A stretch of 64,000 bases of DNA from Lama guanicoe (Eukaryota): the NCBI GenBank assembly GCA_013239625.1, contig MU053629.1, forward strand, positions 34,676-98,675, written 5' to 3'. Positions within the stretch are counted from its first letter, which is position 1. Every line of letters starts with the position of its first letter. The position numbers were made by a program, and so were the translations under genes. Below are positions 25,604 through 38,814 of this stretch, piece by piece. Below the pieces are notes generated by a model. It was not told where the DNA came from and searched no databases. It saw nothing but the letters and a program-made list of their open reading frames with translations.

Positions 25604-25774
25604 CTTGATGTTGCTCTCTCAATTCCTTCCCTGAGATCATCAAGGGTGCATGTCTTAAGCTTAAGGTTGACATTCATTGAGCCATCCTTAAACATCTTCC
25701 CTCCAGAGGCCATAAGGTGCAGCCTGAGTTCGCCAAGCTGGAAACTGTCATTATGAAATGAAAGTTTTGGACTC
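25604..25774 (-). CDS. VPS13C: VPS13C exon (26th), 171 nt, frameshifted (phase 0->2 requires 3n+2)
   Basis: cag|GAG TCC AAA A CTT TCA TTT CAT AAT...; the conserved frame reads SFHNDSFQLGELRLHLMAS...EGIERATS. Confidence 0.9.
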
Positions 25775-28159
25775 CTGTGGTGTATTTTACAAGCAAAAGA
25801 ATCAATTATCTTCAAGTGCTATGTAATTGCTTCTAAACCTATTTCTTAACTCAGAAATCAAAAGCAAATCCATACCACAAATTTTTAAAGTATGGGTGTT
25901 AAAACACAAAAGTGGAAAGAGTAATACACATGTTTGTGATTGTGTAAGTACATACAAATAAATACGTAAGTGTGTGTGTGGATACTCGACAATGGTTAAC
26001 ATATAAAAATTTCTGATTTACAATTCAATGCAAATACAAATAATCAGGAAATTGGCAATCAATCATTCTAACCTATAAATATTTAATGAGTTCTTCTATA
26101 AAAAGCGTTGTGATAGGAAGCATGGGCCTTATAAGAAAGGATAAGGCAAGGTAGGTGATCTCAGTGAGCTTATAACCTAACTGAGAAAGCAAAATAGAAA
26201 TACATTACAGGGAACATCAAGAAGGTGAGAACTAACTGAGCCTCAGACACTGAGTGGAATCAGACAGTCGAAGAGGAGTTAAAAGACACTCCAAACGGGG
26301 AAAAGACATGAGCAAACAATTCAAGATGCTCTCAGGGCACAAGGTACACGTTGGCATCTTAGGCTTAAATATTCCAAAATATTCCAATAAAAGAAAGGTA
26401 GGGAATGAGTTCTAGAAAGAAATATGGAGGCCTAATCAAAGTCTCAAATCCTAAACTAAAAGATTAAAACTTTTTGTATTGGAAAAAAACACCTCAGTCT
26501 TTATTCCACCATAACACATAGCTCCAAATTGTTTAGGTATTCCCAGGTATTAAAAGAACAAAACCCAACCAACCAACTTAAAAAAGATATATAAATCTTC
26601 AGGGAAGTAAAAGATGATTAGTCATAATTGCTCACTACAGACCAGGGCATTGATATAAGCAGTACTGGTGATGGGAAATTCTTAGTACACTGGTTGTAAC
26701 TCCGTATCTTCTCTCACTCAAAAGAATACACTGGATGTAAGTGGGTCAGAATGAATTTATTATTGGAAAACTTGGAATGCCTTTAATTTATAAAAGTGTA
26801 AATAAATAACTCACAAAATCGAGATCTGTAACTATTCACAGCAATGACCAGTGACACATCTACTGATCACAATGTAACAGTGTTTGTGGTATGGTTACTG
26901 AAGTAGACAACTTGGAGCCACTGAATGGTTTTTTTTTAATTAATTAAAATTCACATAACACTGAAGGTTGTCTAAGTAGAATGAGAAGTTGTAAATGGCT
27001 ACATGAGACTGACTGAGGAAACTGAATTTGTGCCAGTATCTAGGACGGATGAAAGGAAAACGTGCACCTAACAAGGATGCCACTGCAGTGCTGTAAGTGT
27101 GAGCCAAGACGTTTCAAATAAAGCAGCAATGATTATTGCCAGGAAAGAACAAATGTTCACTCAAAGAAAAAACTGACAGTACTCGGTGTCTGAATGAATG
27201 AAGAAGGTCAACAAAGAAGAAGTAAAAGAAGACGCTGAGATCTAAGGCTGTGGAACCAGGAGAATGACAGCATCTTAAGCGAAGCAAAGAAAACAGTTAA
27301 CTGTTCATTCTCCATTAGGTCATTTTCTGATCTCTTCATTAACATTAAACATTAGAAATTAAGGCAATCCATTGTACAAGCGACAGATTCTAGTCCAAGG
27401 CTCAACAGTAACAATGGATGAATACTGTGTAACTTTTACAAAACAATATGAAATGTAAGATAACATACAAATGGACATTAAAAACAGATATAATACCATA
27501 ATCAGTGCATATTATGGGTATTATATGACATGTGTATTATAAGTTATTATGATATAACATTAACTGATATAATCAAAAAGATTTATTAAAGGACACTATC
27601 TATATAATAAAAAGACTGCTTTCTAAAACATCATTGACATATTATGTGGTTCAAATCATTATGGCACTAGACCTTGGTTCCTAAATTCACTAATCAGTAC
27701 CCTTAATATGTAACTACTACATACAAAATTTACTCAGTAGAAACACAATTAATGTTTGTATATCATGGATAATTATAAATTTTAAAATTCAAAGGTTCCA
27801 ATGCCACTACTGAATTACTTTCCTTAAACAGTTAAATATGCATATATATCTAGCTATATTAAAGAACTGCACATGTAATTAATTATTCATATATAAAATT
27901 CTTCTCATAAAGATAGGTCTAAGTGTGTTAGTGCTGATATTACTTGGAAAGAAGTAAAAACTTTCCCTTAGCCTAGTAAGATTAGAAACACTAACAAAGT
28001 GAGGACAGAAAACAAGACCAATGTAATACTGCAGGCCAAACAGAATATAATATTCATATCGAGTTTTAAATGAATAGTCACATCAAAAAATGACAATATT
28101 CTGAAGTTGAATATCAAGAACTAAGGACTTATTCCTAGATACAGAAATTAATTACATAC

Positions 28160-28269
28160 CTGGGTGATATCATTGTTATAAAGGACAATGGAAAGAGATT
28201 CAAAGTGAAAGTCAAACTGGAGAGTGACATCCTGATCCAAAGAAAGCTTTGAGTCTGGCAAATCTTGTT
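28160..28269 (-). CDS. VPS13C: VPS13C exon (25th), 110 nt, phase 1->0
   Basis: EQDLPDSKLSLDQDVTLQFDFHFESLSIVLYNNDITQ; CAG|gtatgt. Confidence 0.93.
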
Positions 28270-29727
28270 CTGATGGTTCAAATATAAACATGAAAATTGA
28301 AAAGCTTTTAAGTAGGTATATAATTTTATACATGTTTTAAAAAACAGTATAATAACTTATTATTCTAAATTTATATCATACTTCCTAGAATTCTTTAAGT
28401 CACTACAAGGCAATTAACAAAAATGGCAATGTATTCCATTGATATTTAGTACAGAGCAAAGTGACAGAACAACTATCTACATTGAAAAAAAAGAGAGGGC
28501 CTTGTAAAAAGTATCAAGACAACGTTTTTTTAAAAGCCCTTCCAGAGCAAGACTACTTTGTTATAGTTTATAATTATCAAAGCATGTCACTTAACTGGTT
28601 ACAAGCCATTCTCAAGAGATTATGAAATTAGAGCAACAGAAAAGTAAAATACTTTATTCGTTAACAGACAGCTAGTCAGTAAAAGACTGTCTGCTAGTGT
28701 AATGCACTCCTCACTAATTAAGTAACTTAATTAGGTAATTAAAAAATTACCTTTATCACCCAATCCATTACCTTTACAAGCAGAACAGAATAGAAATTAA
28801 AAGCAGAGTCAAAGAGAGTGCAAATACAATGTGGGACACAAGGTCTCTGGGATTCTGAGGTGAAGAGACTTTGAGAAGTAATTTAGACTTTTCCCTCATC
28901 TTTAGGCAGAAACTTTTTAGACAAAGAATAGATATTGCTTTCAATCACTCTTACAAAGTGATTCTATAATCTCTTTTGAAGACTGATTCTACGATCATTT
29001 ATAGGAAATCTATCCTTACAAGTTACTGGAAGAGCAAACACTGCAGAACTTCCGCCACATAAAGGCTTCTCCAAGTCGGAAGACTCTGGGGTTTTTCCCT
29101 CACTTTTCCTGAAAATAATTTACATTCCAATCTTCATCATCTCTGTAGCTTTTCCATCTGAACTCATAAATACTCCTAAGTACCATATTAATCATATAGT
29201 CTGGACCATATATATGAATTGAAAACAGCAGAACATAATGAGATCACTAATCACATAGTTTGCCTGCTATGGTTTATTCGTCTGTTCATATTCCCTGTCT
29301 AACCACAGCAACAGCCTACTTATCTAGCATTGTCTATATGGTGGCATAAACTCAACCTGAAGCACTCAGAGGCATCCTGAACCAAAAATCTTATTTTATA
29401 CATATGCTCTAGTCATTTGTTTTGTGATTTCAAAACACACCAGACCTAACTAAGGGGAAGCAGTGCTGGTATACTATTATTAACTGACTGTCCTAAGTAA
29501 CATCTAATGACCTGAGCATTACAAACACACAGCAGTCTGGGTCCACTTATTATAAGGACAACGAACACTTCATCTCTTTTTATCCGTGGAAATATTAACC
29601 TATTCAGAGTCCAGCAAAACATGTAATATTCACATAATGACTTGAAATGATGAAAAAAGAATGAAATTATATTTTATATTTTTTAAATGGTTGAATTTAA
29701 AAGTTTCACTGCTTTTGAAAGATTGAA

Positions 29728-29790
29728 TTTTTTTTTTTTAATGGAGGGACTGGGGATTGAAACCAGACCTCATGCATGCTAAGCATGCCT
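29728..29790 (-). mobile_element. Partial Vic-1-like tRNA-derived SINE
   Basis: T-tail then aatggagggactggggattgaaaccagacctcatgcatgctaagcatgc, the reverse complement of the 3' half of the SINE at 43671. Confidence 0.7.
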
Positions 29791-29821
29791 ACTTTGCTTC
29801 TTCTGTAAGTATACCACCTCA

Positions 29822-30125
29822 GTTTTTTTTCCTAAGTATAGTCAGTTTACAGTACTGTGACAATTTCTGGTGTACAGCATAATGTTTTAGTCATACATAT
29901 ACATACATATATTCGTTTTCATATTCTTTTTCATTACAGGTTACTGAAAGATACTGAATATAGTTCCCTGTCCTATACAGAAGAAATTTTTGTTTATCTA
30001 TTTTATATATCATAGTATCTGCAAATCTCGAATTCCCTATATATCCCTTCCCACCTCCTTTCCCCTCTGTTAACCATAAGTTTGTTTTCTATGTCTGTGA
30101 GTCTGCTTCTGTTTTGTAAGTAAAT
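29822..30125 (-). mobile_element. L1 3' end
   Basis: agtatagtcagtttaca...tctggtgtacagcat...tagttccctgt...ccataagtttgttttctatgtctgtgagtctg. Confidence 0.8.
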
Positions 30126-30390
30126 TCAGCTTTCATAAATAAAGGGCAAACACGCATCACACAGGCATCAAGAGGTGACCCCTCCCCTCAGAGCAGACAA
30201 TGAGCCTACCTCCTTCCCCTGGGGGCTTCAAGGCAGCCCCAGTCCCCCGTGATTTTCAATAGTAAATAATACAATACAGAATCAGTTCATACCACATTAT
30301 GCTAGACAACTAAAAAAACACTAAATATTAATATAGCATTAACACTAATTTTTCTCTATAATCAAAGCAAAAACTTTCATCAATTTATAC

Positions 30391-30541
30391 CTTTGAGGTG
30401 GTCAAGTCCACTGGAAACATCTTTTCTTACTTTTACAGCCTCCTGGGTAGGCTGTGTAGGGCTTGGCTGAGAAGAAGCTTCTCCAAGATTCTCTAGCAAA
30501 ATTTTCATTAAAACTGTTAAATCATCTCTACTGAGAGCAAC
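30391..30541 (-). CDS. VPS13C: VPS13C exon (24th; repeat B exon 11), 151 nt, phase 0->1
   Basis: VALSRDDLTVLMKILLENLGEASSQPSPTQPTQEAVKVRKDVSSGLDHLK. Confidence 0.95.
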
Positions 30542-32246
30542 CTAGAAACCAAAAATAGGCTGTTGTTAATTTAAAGTAATAAAAAATGCAAAATATCATA
30601 TTTATGTTTTTATTTATGGATCCTCAAATGAATTAATTGTTCACCTAACAACAAAAACAACAAAAAGCAAGTTGCGACCATAAATACCAGGAGAGAAGTA
30701 TTTCATCTTACATAGTATTAGACATTCCTCCTATGAGTAAACATGCTTCTGCCTCCATTTGTATCCAAGACCCGGCTTCCGGTACTTCATCCCTCTTCCT
30801 GCCTTAACTGTCATTCTCCAGTTCCTCCTGTTCCTGGACCTGTGCCTCTCTCCCCTCTCCTGAGCTCCTCATCTCCATTCTGCCTTTCTCTCTTCTCATC
30901 CAGTACTAGCTTCCTCCTGCACATTTACTCCCCTCCAAACTCAATACAGGAAGAGTGCTGTTCAGTTTTCAGCCTCTACCAAGAAGGAAAAAGATGCTCT
31001 CCTGCAGTGTAGCGCCTATTCTCAGCACATACGCATTTGTACGTAGATAAATCACTTGTTTAACTTATGAAGATAATGCCTCTTAGAACAATAACAAGTG
31101 CATCTACAAAGAATTTTTTAAAATCAAAACACAGAAGAGGAAATGAGTATCTTCCTTATCTTCAACCTGTATAAAAGGGGGTATGTGGCAAAAAGAAAAA
31201 GGAAAAAAAAAGCAAGAGCTTTTGAGTCACGCATATCTGTATCAACTCTACAACTTTCAAGCTGTGTTGTTGGCCAAGTTTCTTAAATTCTAAAACAGGA
31301 ATGTCATCTCCCTCATAGGTGGTTGCAGAACAACATGAAGCTGCTAGAACAAACGAGGATGCTACTGCCTACTAAGATCCATTAAACTTTTTAACTCTTT
31401 CATCTTTTGTACATTTCCCCTACACACACAATCGTCCAAAAGGCCTGTTTCTAGTATTTAAACACAAATTCACACAAGGCACATTCACAGCACCTTCTCT
31501 TCTGAACACGACAATACCCAATGTCCCCCCAGTTAAGCACCTATTCCGAAGGAGTCCCTGATCCCCAGTCTAAATGAAAATGGGGAGATATTTTAGCATG
31601 AGATAATGACCAGGGATTTCTTGTTTGCTCCAAGCCCCAGTCTTTAGATAATGGATGTCACTTTAACTCCCTAGAACTTCCTTGTCTGTTCATTCCCACT
31701 TGTGATACCAACCAAGGCAACAGTTGCCTGAAAGACAAATTACTTCGCCACCTCCTAATATTTGAAAAGGGTCAAGTACTAGTTGTGGGATATAATCTTA
31801 GCAAGGGAGAATTTGAGAGAACAGTCCCATACTCTGGAGTAGAGAAGCCTCTATCAATACCCTAAGCAGATGCTCTTCTTCATATAACACACCTACTCAC
31901 AGTACATACAGGGACCTTTCATGCCTACAACAAACTTCACTTTTAACATCTTCTCTAGTTGAACTTTGCTCGTTTGACCCTTCCTGTTCTATTTAGAACT
32001 AACTGAAATAATCACAGATATCAAATACCTCTAAACTACTACTTATTTGTCTTTCAAACATTCCATTTAGTTACTCCCTCCCTTTTCCTATCTTCTACTG
32101 TTTGGCTTCAACAGTTTCACACACAGGCACACAAGAATCCTAAGATTCCTATACTTCCATGACCATCTTTGACCAGTATCATCTCTTCCTGTGAGCTACA
32201 CATGACCTGCTAACTACAGTAATAAATAAAAATAATTGCTGTTTAT

Positions 32247-33725
32247 GTGGTATTGGCACAAAAGCAGACACGTGGATCAATGGAACAGAACAGAGAGCTC
32301 AAAAATAAACCCACAGACCTACGGGCAATTAACTTTTGACAAAGGAGGCAAGAACAGACAATGGAGAAAAGACAGTCTCTTTAGCAACTAGTGTTGGGAA
32401 AGCCAGACAGTCACAAGTAAATCAATGAAGTTGTTAGCACCCTCCCTCATACCATACACAAAAATACACTCAAAATGGCTTAAAGACTTAAATATAAGAC
32501 ATGACAGCATAAAACTCCTAGAAAGGAACATAGGCAAAACATTCTCTGACATAAACCATAGCAATGTTCTCTTAGCTCAGTCTCCCGAGTCAATAGAAAT
32601 AAAAGTAAAAGTAAATAAATAAGACCTAATCACACTTACAAGCTTTTGACAGCAAAGGAAACCATAAATGAAACGAAAAGACAATCTGTGCGCTGGGAGA
32701 AATATATATACAAACAATGCAAAAGACAAAGGCTTAATTTCCAAAATATACAAACAGCTCATATAGCTCAATAACAAAAAAAAAAAACAAACCAAACAAC
32801 CCAGTCAAAAATATGGACAGAAGACCTAAACAGACATTTCTCCAAAGAAGACATACAGATGGCCAACAGGCACATGAAAAGATGCTCAACATTGTTAATT
32901 ATTAGAGAAACACAAATCAAAACTGCAATAAGGTATCACCTCACACTAACTAGTCAGAATGGCCATCCTTAAAAAGTCTACAAATAATAAATGCTGGAGA
33001 GGGTGTGGAGAAAAGAAAATCCTCCTACACTGTTGATGGGAATGTAAATTGGTGTAGCCACTATGGAAAACAGTATGGAAGTTCCTTAAAAATCTAAAAA
33101 CAGAGTTACCTTATGAACCAGCAATCCCACTCCTGGGCATATATCCGAAAAAGATAAAAACTCTAATCCAAAAAGATACAAGCACCTCGATGTTCAAAGC
33201 AACAATATTTACAATAGTCAAGACACGGAAGCAACCTAAATGTCCCTCAAAAGATGAAGGGATAAAGAAGATATGGTATATATGCAATGGAATATTACTC
33301 AGCCATAAAAAATGAAATAATGCTATATGCAACAACATAGATGGACCTAGAGATTATAATACTAAGAGAAGTCAGACAGAGAAAGATAAATATTATATGA
33401 TGTCACTTGTATGTGGAATCTGAAAAAAATGATCCAAATGAATTTATTTACAAAACAGAAACAAACACATAGACACAGAAAACAAACTTATAGCTACCAA
33501 AGGGGAAGACGAGGAGGGATAAATTAGGAATTTGGGATTAGCAGATACAGTCTACTATATATAAAACAGATAAACAACAAGGCTCTACTGTAATGGAAAA
33601 AATCTGAAAAAGAATATATATATATGTATATGTATGTGTGTGTATTTACATAAAACTGAATCACTTGGTCGCACACCAGAAACTAACACAATATTGTAAA
33701 TCAAATATACTTCAAATAAAAAAAA
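32247..33725 (+). mobile_element. L1 5'-truncated insertion (~1.5 kb): ORF2 C-terminus, 3'UTR and A-tail
   Basis: ORF 32425 (PYTKIHSKWLKDLNIR...IKLLE) resembles L1 ORF2. Degenerate TSD aaaaataattgctgtttat (~32228-32246) versus aaaaagtactgctgtttat (~33721-33739). Confidence 0.9.
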
Positions 33726-34130
33726 GTACTGCTGTTTATATGCTGACCAAATAAACATATTCACTTTTCTATTTAAAAGAGTACTTCTATACATTAAAAA
33801 TACTAAGGTGCTTTGAGAATGTGACATCCAAGTATCACCGTATAGTGTCTCATAATTTAACTGCCTTAAAACTTTAATAGAATTGTCCAAAATTACTAAT
33901 AATATTTTCAGTTGACCCCAATAGGTTTTAACCCCAGATTTCTTGCTGGCTTTATCAAACATCTGACTAATATGAAATAAAGAAAAGTGTGGGACCTAGG
34001 ATGACCTCATTTTTAGTTAACAGAGCATTCCCTTTAAATGTATCATCACTTCTGATGTGCTCTAGAACTACACTGTATCAATGACAAAAGCCTATCTAGC
34101 AACTTTCATACATTTTATACATATACTTAC

Positions 34131-34278
34131 CTGCATAGGTTTTAGTTTTCCTTTTATCTCCATCCCTGGAATTTGCACATACCATGTTGCTGCTAAATTT
34201 CGCTGTATGGACAAAAGCATGTTGACTGGTTTTAAAATTTCAATGTCATGTTGTGGTAAGCCAGACTGCAAAATCGTT
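34131..34278 (-). CDS. VPS13C: VPS13C exon (23rd; repeat B exon 10), 148 nt, phase 2->0
   Basis: TILQSGLPQHDIEILKPVNMLLSIQRNLAATWYVQIPGMEIKGKLKPMQ. Confidence 0.95.
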
Positions 34279-35244
34279 CTGGAAGATAAATAAGAATTTG
34301 TATTTCTGAAATTTACATTTTAAAATGAAGACTATCATACTGTGTAACAGTTTCCACATAGCATTCTCCTAAACACTAAAGGCTGCAATCAGAGTTCTTT
34401 CAGAACACGCCTCTTTTCGCAAATCAATCTAAATCAGAATAAATCAAGTTTACATGCAGAACTATGTAAAACAAAGCCTGTATAATGCTGATTTCAAAGA
34501 CACAAATTTCATGAAGTATGACTATTGCACTATTTACTATCTTTCACAAGGACAATTTAATACTAGCAACCAGTCTGTCATACAAATGCTACATCCTTCT
34601 AAAACTGGAGGAGACAGAAAGTGATAGTCTACCCAGCCCTTAGTTTTATGTTAATAGCACTTCTCCAAACTCAAAGGGAAAAACTCACCAAACCTAAAAG
34701 TTAAACAAGCATACTGTAATAGTCATTTCTAGCTTGCCCGTCAACAAATATTTGAACAACCAAAAAAGTTACTCTTGTCCTTCAATAGAACCAACACTTT
34801 TCCATTTGGATTCGATAATCATTTAGATACCTTACTGAGAATTCCTAAATGTGACAAGGTTTGGAAATCAGAAATAAACCTTAAATTTTATTACATTTTA
34901 AGAAGTCTTCTCCTATGCACAGAAAAGAAAATAGCTATGTGCAGAGTAAAAATATGAACAAAGAAAAATAAATCTAAACTAAGTATTGAGTAAACTATAA
35001 TCTTATAGTAGGAAATTTTACAGTAGGGAATTTTTATAGAATAAAAAAAAGCTACAAATTTAGTAAGACAAAAATGCAGATTCTATGAGGTACACCGCTA
35101 CCAAGCACTGACCAAAAACCAACAGCCAAGGTTTCATAATCAGAAAAAATAAAGAATAAGACCCATAAAACCCTGGAGGGGTTTTACCCTTGGCAAAGAT
35201 TCTATTCCTAGTAAGTAACAGATGACTGTATTATATTTTTATAC

Positions 35245-35549
35245 CTGGACAGCTTCAGCTGAGTGAGCTGGATGCTCATTGTGTCAATGACTGGGGGAAG
35301 AGGACAGTGTTCCACAGCAACCACGTTAAATTTGTTTTCAACTCTGATTAAACCCAGATCTGCTATAACAGCATTAGGTGATACAGAAGACTGAGGAATG
35401 ATGATAACTGGTGCTTTCAAATTGACATCCATCAGAAGGCGGAAACTCTTTTCAGCCAAGTCTTTCATGCTGGAAGCAGCTCTTTCTGCAGCTTGGACTG
35501 TAGCTGTGCTCAAAGCCTCTTTGGCAGTTTGAAAATTGTTAAGGAAGTT
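35245..35549 (-). CDS. VPS13C: VPS13C exon (22nd; repeat B exon 9), 305 nt, phase 0->2
   Basis: NFLNNFQTAKEALSTATVQAAERAA...LKAPVIIIPQSS...ADLGLIRVENKF...LTQLKLS. Confidence 0.95.
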
Positions 35550-36738
35550 CTGTTGAAAGAGACTGATATTTAGAGCTCCCCTCAAAGTGGGATTTATTTT
35601 TAAATGGAAGGACTTTAAAAAAGACAAACTAAATAAAAGAGGTGATATAAAAGAGATGTTATTTATGATTGGTTACATAGAGAGTAAAGTCTAGAAAGAT
35701 ACAGTTTGAGATAATTAACAAGTGGAAGAGAGTCCTTTAACTTTCATTTTATGTATTTCAGAATTTTTTGGACACATTTTGGTAATAATTCTTTCTTACA
35801 TTTCCCTTTTACTCATGAATGTTGGTCATTTTAATTCAAATTTAATAAAGAGATGGCAGAGAGTGCTCTACTTCTCCCAAAGTAGTTTCAATTCTGTACC
35901 TCTAGGTCATAGGAATAAAGTTTACACTTAGAAACTGAGGTTTTACCAACTTATTTCTGAAGATTCTTTTTTTAAATGTACCCCAAGGAGCAAAGATGCT
36001 TAAGTGTTTATAATCTTGTAATCATTAATCAGAGTCAAAACTTCTTTATTTAGGGTAAGATGCCTTTCATCTCAATTTCAACTAAAAATGGATTTTTCCT
36101 AATGAAGAAAAAAAAACTGGAAGCAATATTCTTGATATACATCCATTAATAACACAAAGTGACTTAAACTAACCCCCTTCTAAATAAATTACCTTCCAGA
36201 AAAATAAAACATGATGGTTTAGGTAGAAATCTATGACTTGTAAGCTTTGAATAACGGCCTCACTAAGAGGCACAGACAAATTAAACTCTTTGGTCCAGGA
36301 CACTTAAATGGAAATAAACAACTGAAAGAAAAGAATTTTATGACTTTGTTGATCAAAATTATAATCAAAACCTGTAAGTTTCAATATAAGTCCTTCAAAT
36401 GCCTGATAAGCTCCTTAAAAGATTCTTTTAGCTAAATACTTTTTAAGGGTATCTCATAAAACAAACAGCACTGAAAAGCCCTAACTTAAAACATCAGAAG
36501 GTACTTTCAAAATACGTAACAATGGGAATGTTAAGGAATGATCATGTATAGGTTCAAAACAATGATAGACATTCATTTAGTTATCCATCATGTAAGGAAC
36601 TTCCCTAATGGTAAAATTCTGCTCAGTATTTGGGAGTTTACCCCTATTAGTAAAGATTTTGACTATCGAGGTTCAGATGTATAGGCAAAGATACTGAGGC
36701 CTCAATGGGAAATAAATAGATGTAAAGAATAAACTTAC

Positions 36739-36906
36739 CAAAAGAGACATGAAGAATTTATGAACATAAACAACTTGAATACAGCCCACTTTGAGACTAA
36801 GTTTGCCATCTACTTTAGACATATCAGCATAGGCCTTTCCTTCTGTAGCATCTGGATAAAGAGTCATTTGGAATCTAAAGACTTCATCTTCCAAAATAGA
36901 GACAGC
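36739..36906 (-). CDS. VPS13C: VPS13C exon (21st; repeat B exon 8), 168 nt, phase 0->0
   Basis: AVSILEDEVFRFQMTLYPDATEGKAYADMSKVDGKLSLKVGCIQVVYVHKFFMSLL. Confidence 0.95.
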
Positions 36907-37306
36907 CTAAAAGTATTAAATTAACTGGTTATTACAACAAAAAAGCTGTATCAGTATAGTATAAATAAGATTCCTTATTATAGAATTCTTGATGAAGAAG
37001 CATCATTTAAATTCAACCTTCAACGAATGATTAGTTAAAAACATTTAACTTGACAATAACTTTTTCCTAAATCTATAAAAAACATTTTATCAATGGAGGT
37101 ATCAATCACTTAACTGGTCAGAGATAGCTTTTACAAATCACCTAGTCTATACACAATGTGGAAACAGACAGTGACCATACTTCTGCCCAGTCCCTAACAA
37201 AATGCCTGACACGTGACAGACAATATAGAATGAACAAATGAATAAACGCATCTCAAGCCCAAAGAACGAAAATAAATTCCAATATAGAAACATATTCTTT
37301 AATTAC

Positions 37307-37410
37307 CTTTTTGTGAATGGACAGCAAATCAACGTTCGTAACTACGATATCCTTAAGTCTGGCAAATACGTCGGTCTGCTTTGGCCTCACAGAAACAGAA
37401 GCATCCATTC
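37307..37410 (-). CDS. VPS13C: VPS13C exon (20th; repeat B exon 7), 104 nt, phase 1->0
   Basis: MDASVSVRPKQTDVFARLKDIVVTNVDLLSIHKK. Confidence 0.95.
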
Positions 37411-38044
37411 CTGTGGGAAAAATGACACTTGTCACCTACTCCAAGTGAACTGATTTACTGGTATTTAAGTTCAATACCATACTACCAAGATATGGAATGA
37501 ATAAAAATTACTCACTATTACACATAGTAAAGGTATTACCTTTTACATATGAGATACCTAAGAAAGATGATACTATCTTTAAGTGCTAAGGGCATCTCAT
37601 AACTAAAACGTGTAGAAATTTTAAAACAAAAGAAATCAAATTTCAAAGAAAATTAATCACAGGTCTCCAAACATAAAAATCCTGTGCACTGGTAAGCTCA
37701 GAGCTGGTCATTTAGGAAGACATACAACATTTACTAAATAACCATCTCACAAACATTATATTATAAAAACTATTACTCTAAAAACTAAGCATAAATAAAT
37801 ATAGTTTGACGAGTTAAGTATGATTCTTTCTACAATAAACTGTGCCTAAGACATAATGTTTTAAGATTTCTCTCCAAAAAAATGTCTGTCATTCTTATAA
37901 GCTCTAAAGGCATGGTTTCTAAAACCACACCTCAGTAAAGAGAGAATGCCTATAGGTTAGCCCCAATAACGAGCCCAAATCACTACCACACTACTCATAA
38001 AACAGATTAATATTTGTTAAATGGAACTGACTGTCTCACCTCTT

Positions 38045-38260
38045 ATTAACTTCTTATTATGTAAGCACCAGGCACTTTTCTAAATATATGTAAGTCTGTA
38101 AACTTAATCCTCACAACAATCCCATGAATAATTATTATAACTAACTCCATTTTACAGAAGAGGGAACTCAGGCACGGAAACGTTAATTAATTTGCTCAAG
38201 GTCAGCCAGTAAGTGTTAGAACCATAATTTGAACCTTGGCAGGCTGGCTCCAGGATCTAC
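38045..38260 (-). mobile_element. MIR SINE
   Basis: taatcctcacaacaatcccatga...ccattttacagaagagggaactcaggcac...ttgctcaaggtca...tttgaacc. Confidence 0.75.
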
Positions 38261-38697
38261 AGTATAATCTGCACTCATCCCTGTATCAGGCTGATGATGA
38301 GTAAAGCTTAAAAACTTTCCTCTAGAAAAATTCTTTCCCTGAATTCTATATATGCACAAGAGACAAGGGGAAAAAAGCAGAACTCAGTGAGATGTTACGA
38401 TATTCATTTCTCAGTTTGAAGTTACATTATTCTGAAAACACAAACAGGACACAAGAGATTAAGCCTCAGACTTATTCTGAAAATTTTTAAAAACATAAGG
38501 AATGTCTCACATCAGTCATGAATCATAACACATTTACTTCTAACATTTCATAGCACATCTTTGAAAAGTTTGCAGGAGTCCTCAATATACATAAACCCAA
38601 AGATGACTCAAGAGAAATCCACCATGCAACAAGCTCATTCTTCCTGAAGGTCTATGTAGAGAAACAGAAATACCTACACCAAGGAATAGTTACTTAC

Positions 38698-38814
38698 CAT
38701 GTATTCGAATATCTGCAATGTTACACTTCTGATCACAGACAAAGATATTAAATGCATTTAATTCAGCTATGATCTTTATATCAAACACATCGTCTTGAGA
38801 AGTACTGCTGGATA
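38698..38814 (-). CDS. VPS13C: VPS13C exon (19th; repeat B exon 6), 117 nt, phase 1->1
   Basis: SSSTSQDDVFDIKIIAELNAFNIFVCDQKCNIADIRIH. Confidence 0.95.

Noticed and set aside
18360..25774. The two frameshifts as compensating changes
   Set aside because: The net shift is -1, and stops follow each frameshift within ten codons.
28714..28751. Two adjacent short palindromes (CTAATTAAG/CTTAATTAG and GGTAATT/AATTACC)
   Set aside because: They are low-complexity AT-rich sequence with no evidence of function.
32425..33338. ORFs within the 1.5-kb L1
   Set aside because: They are broken L1 ORF2 remnants or antisense frames, not host genes.
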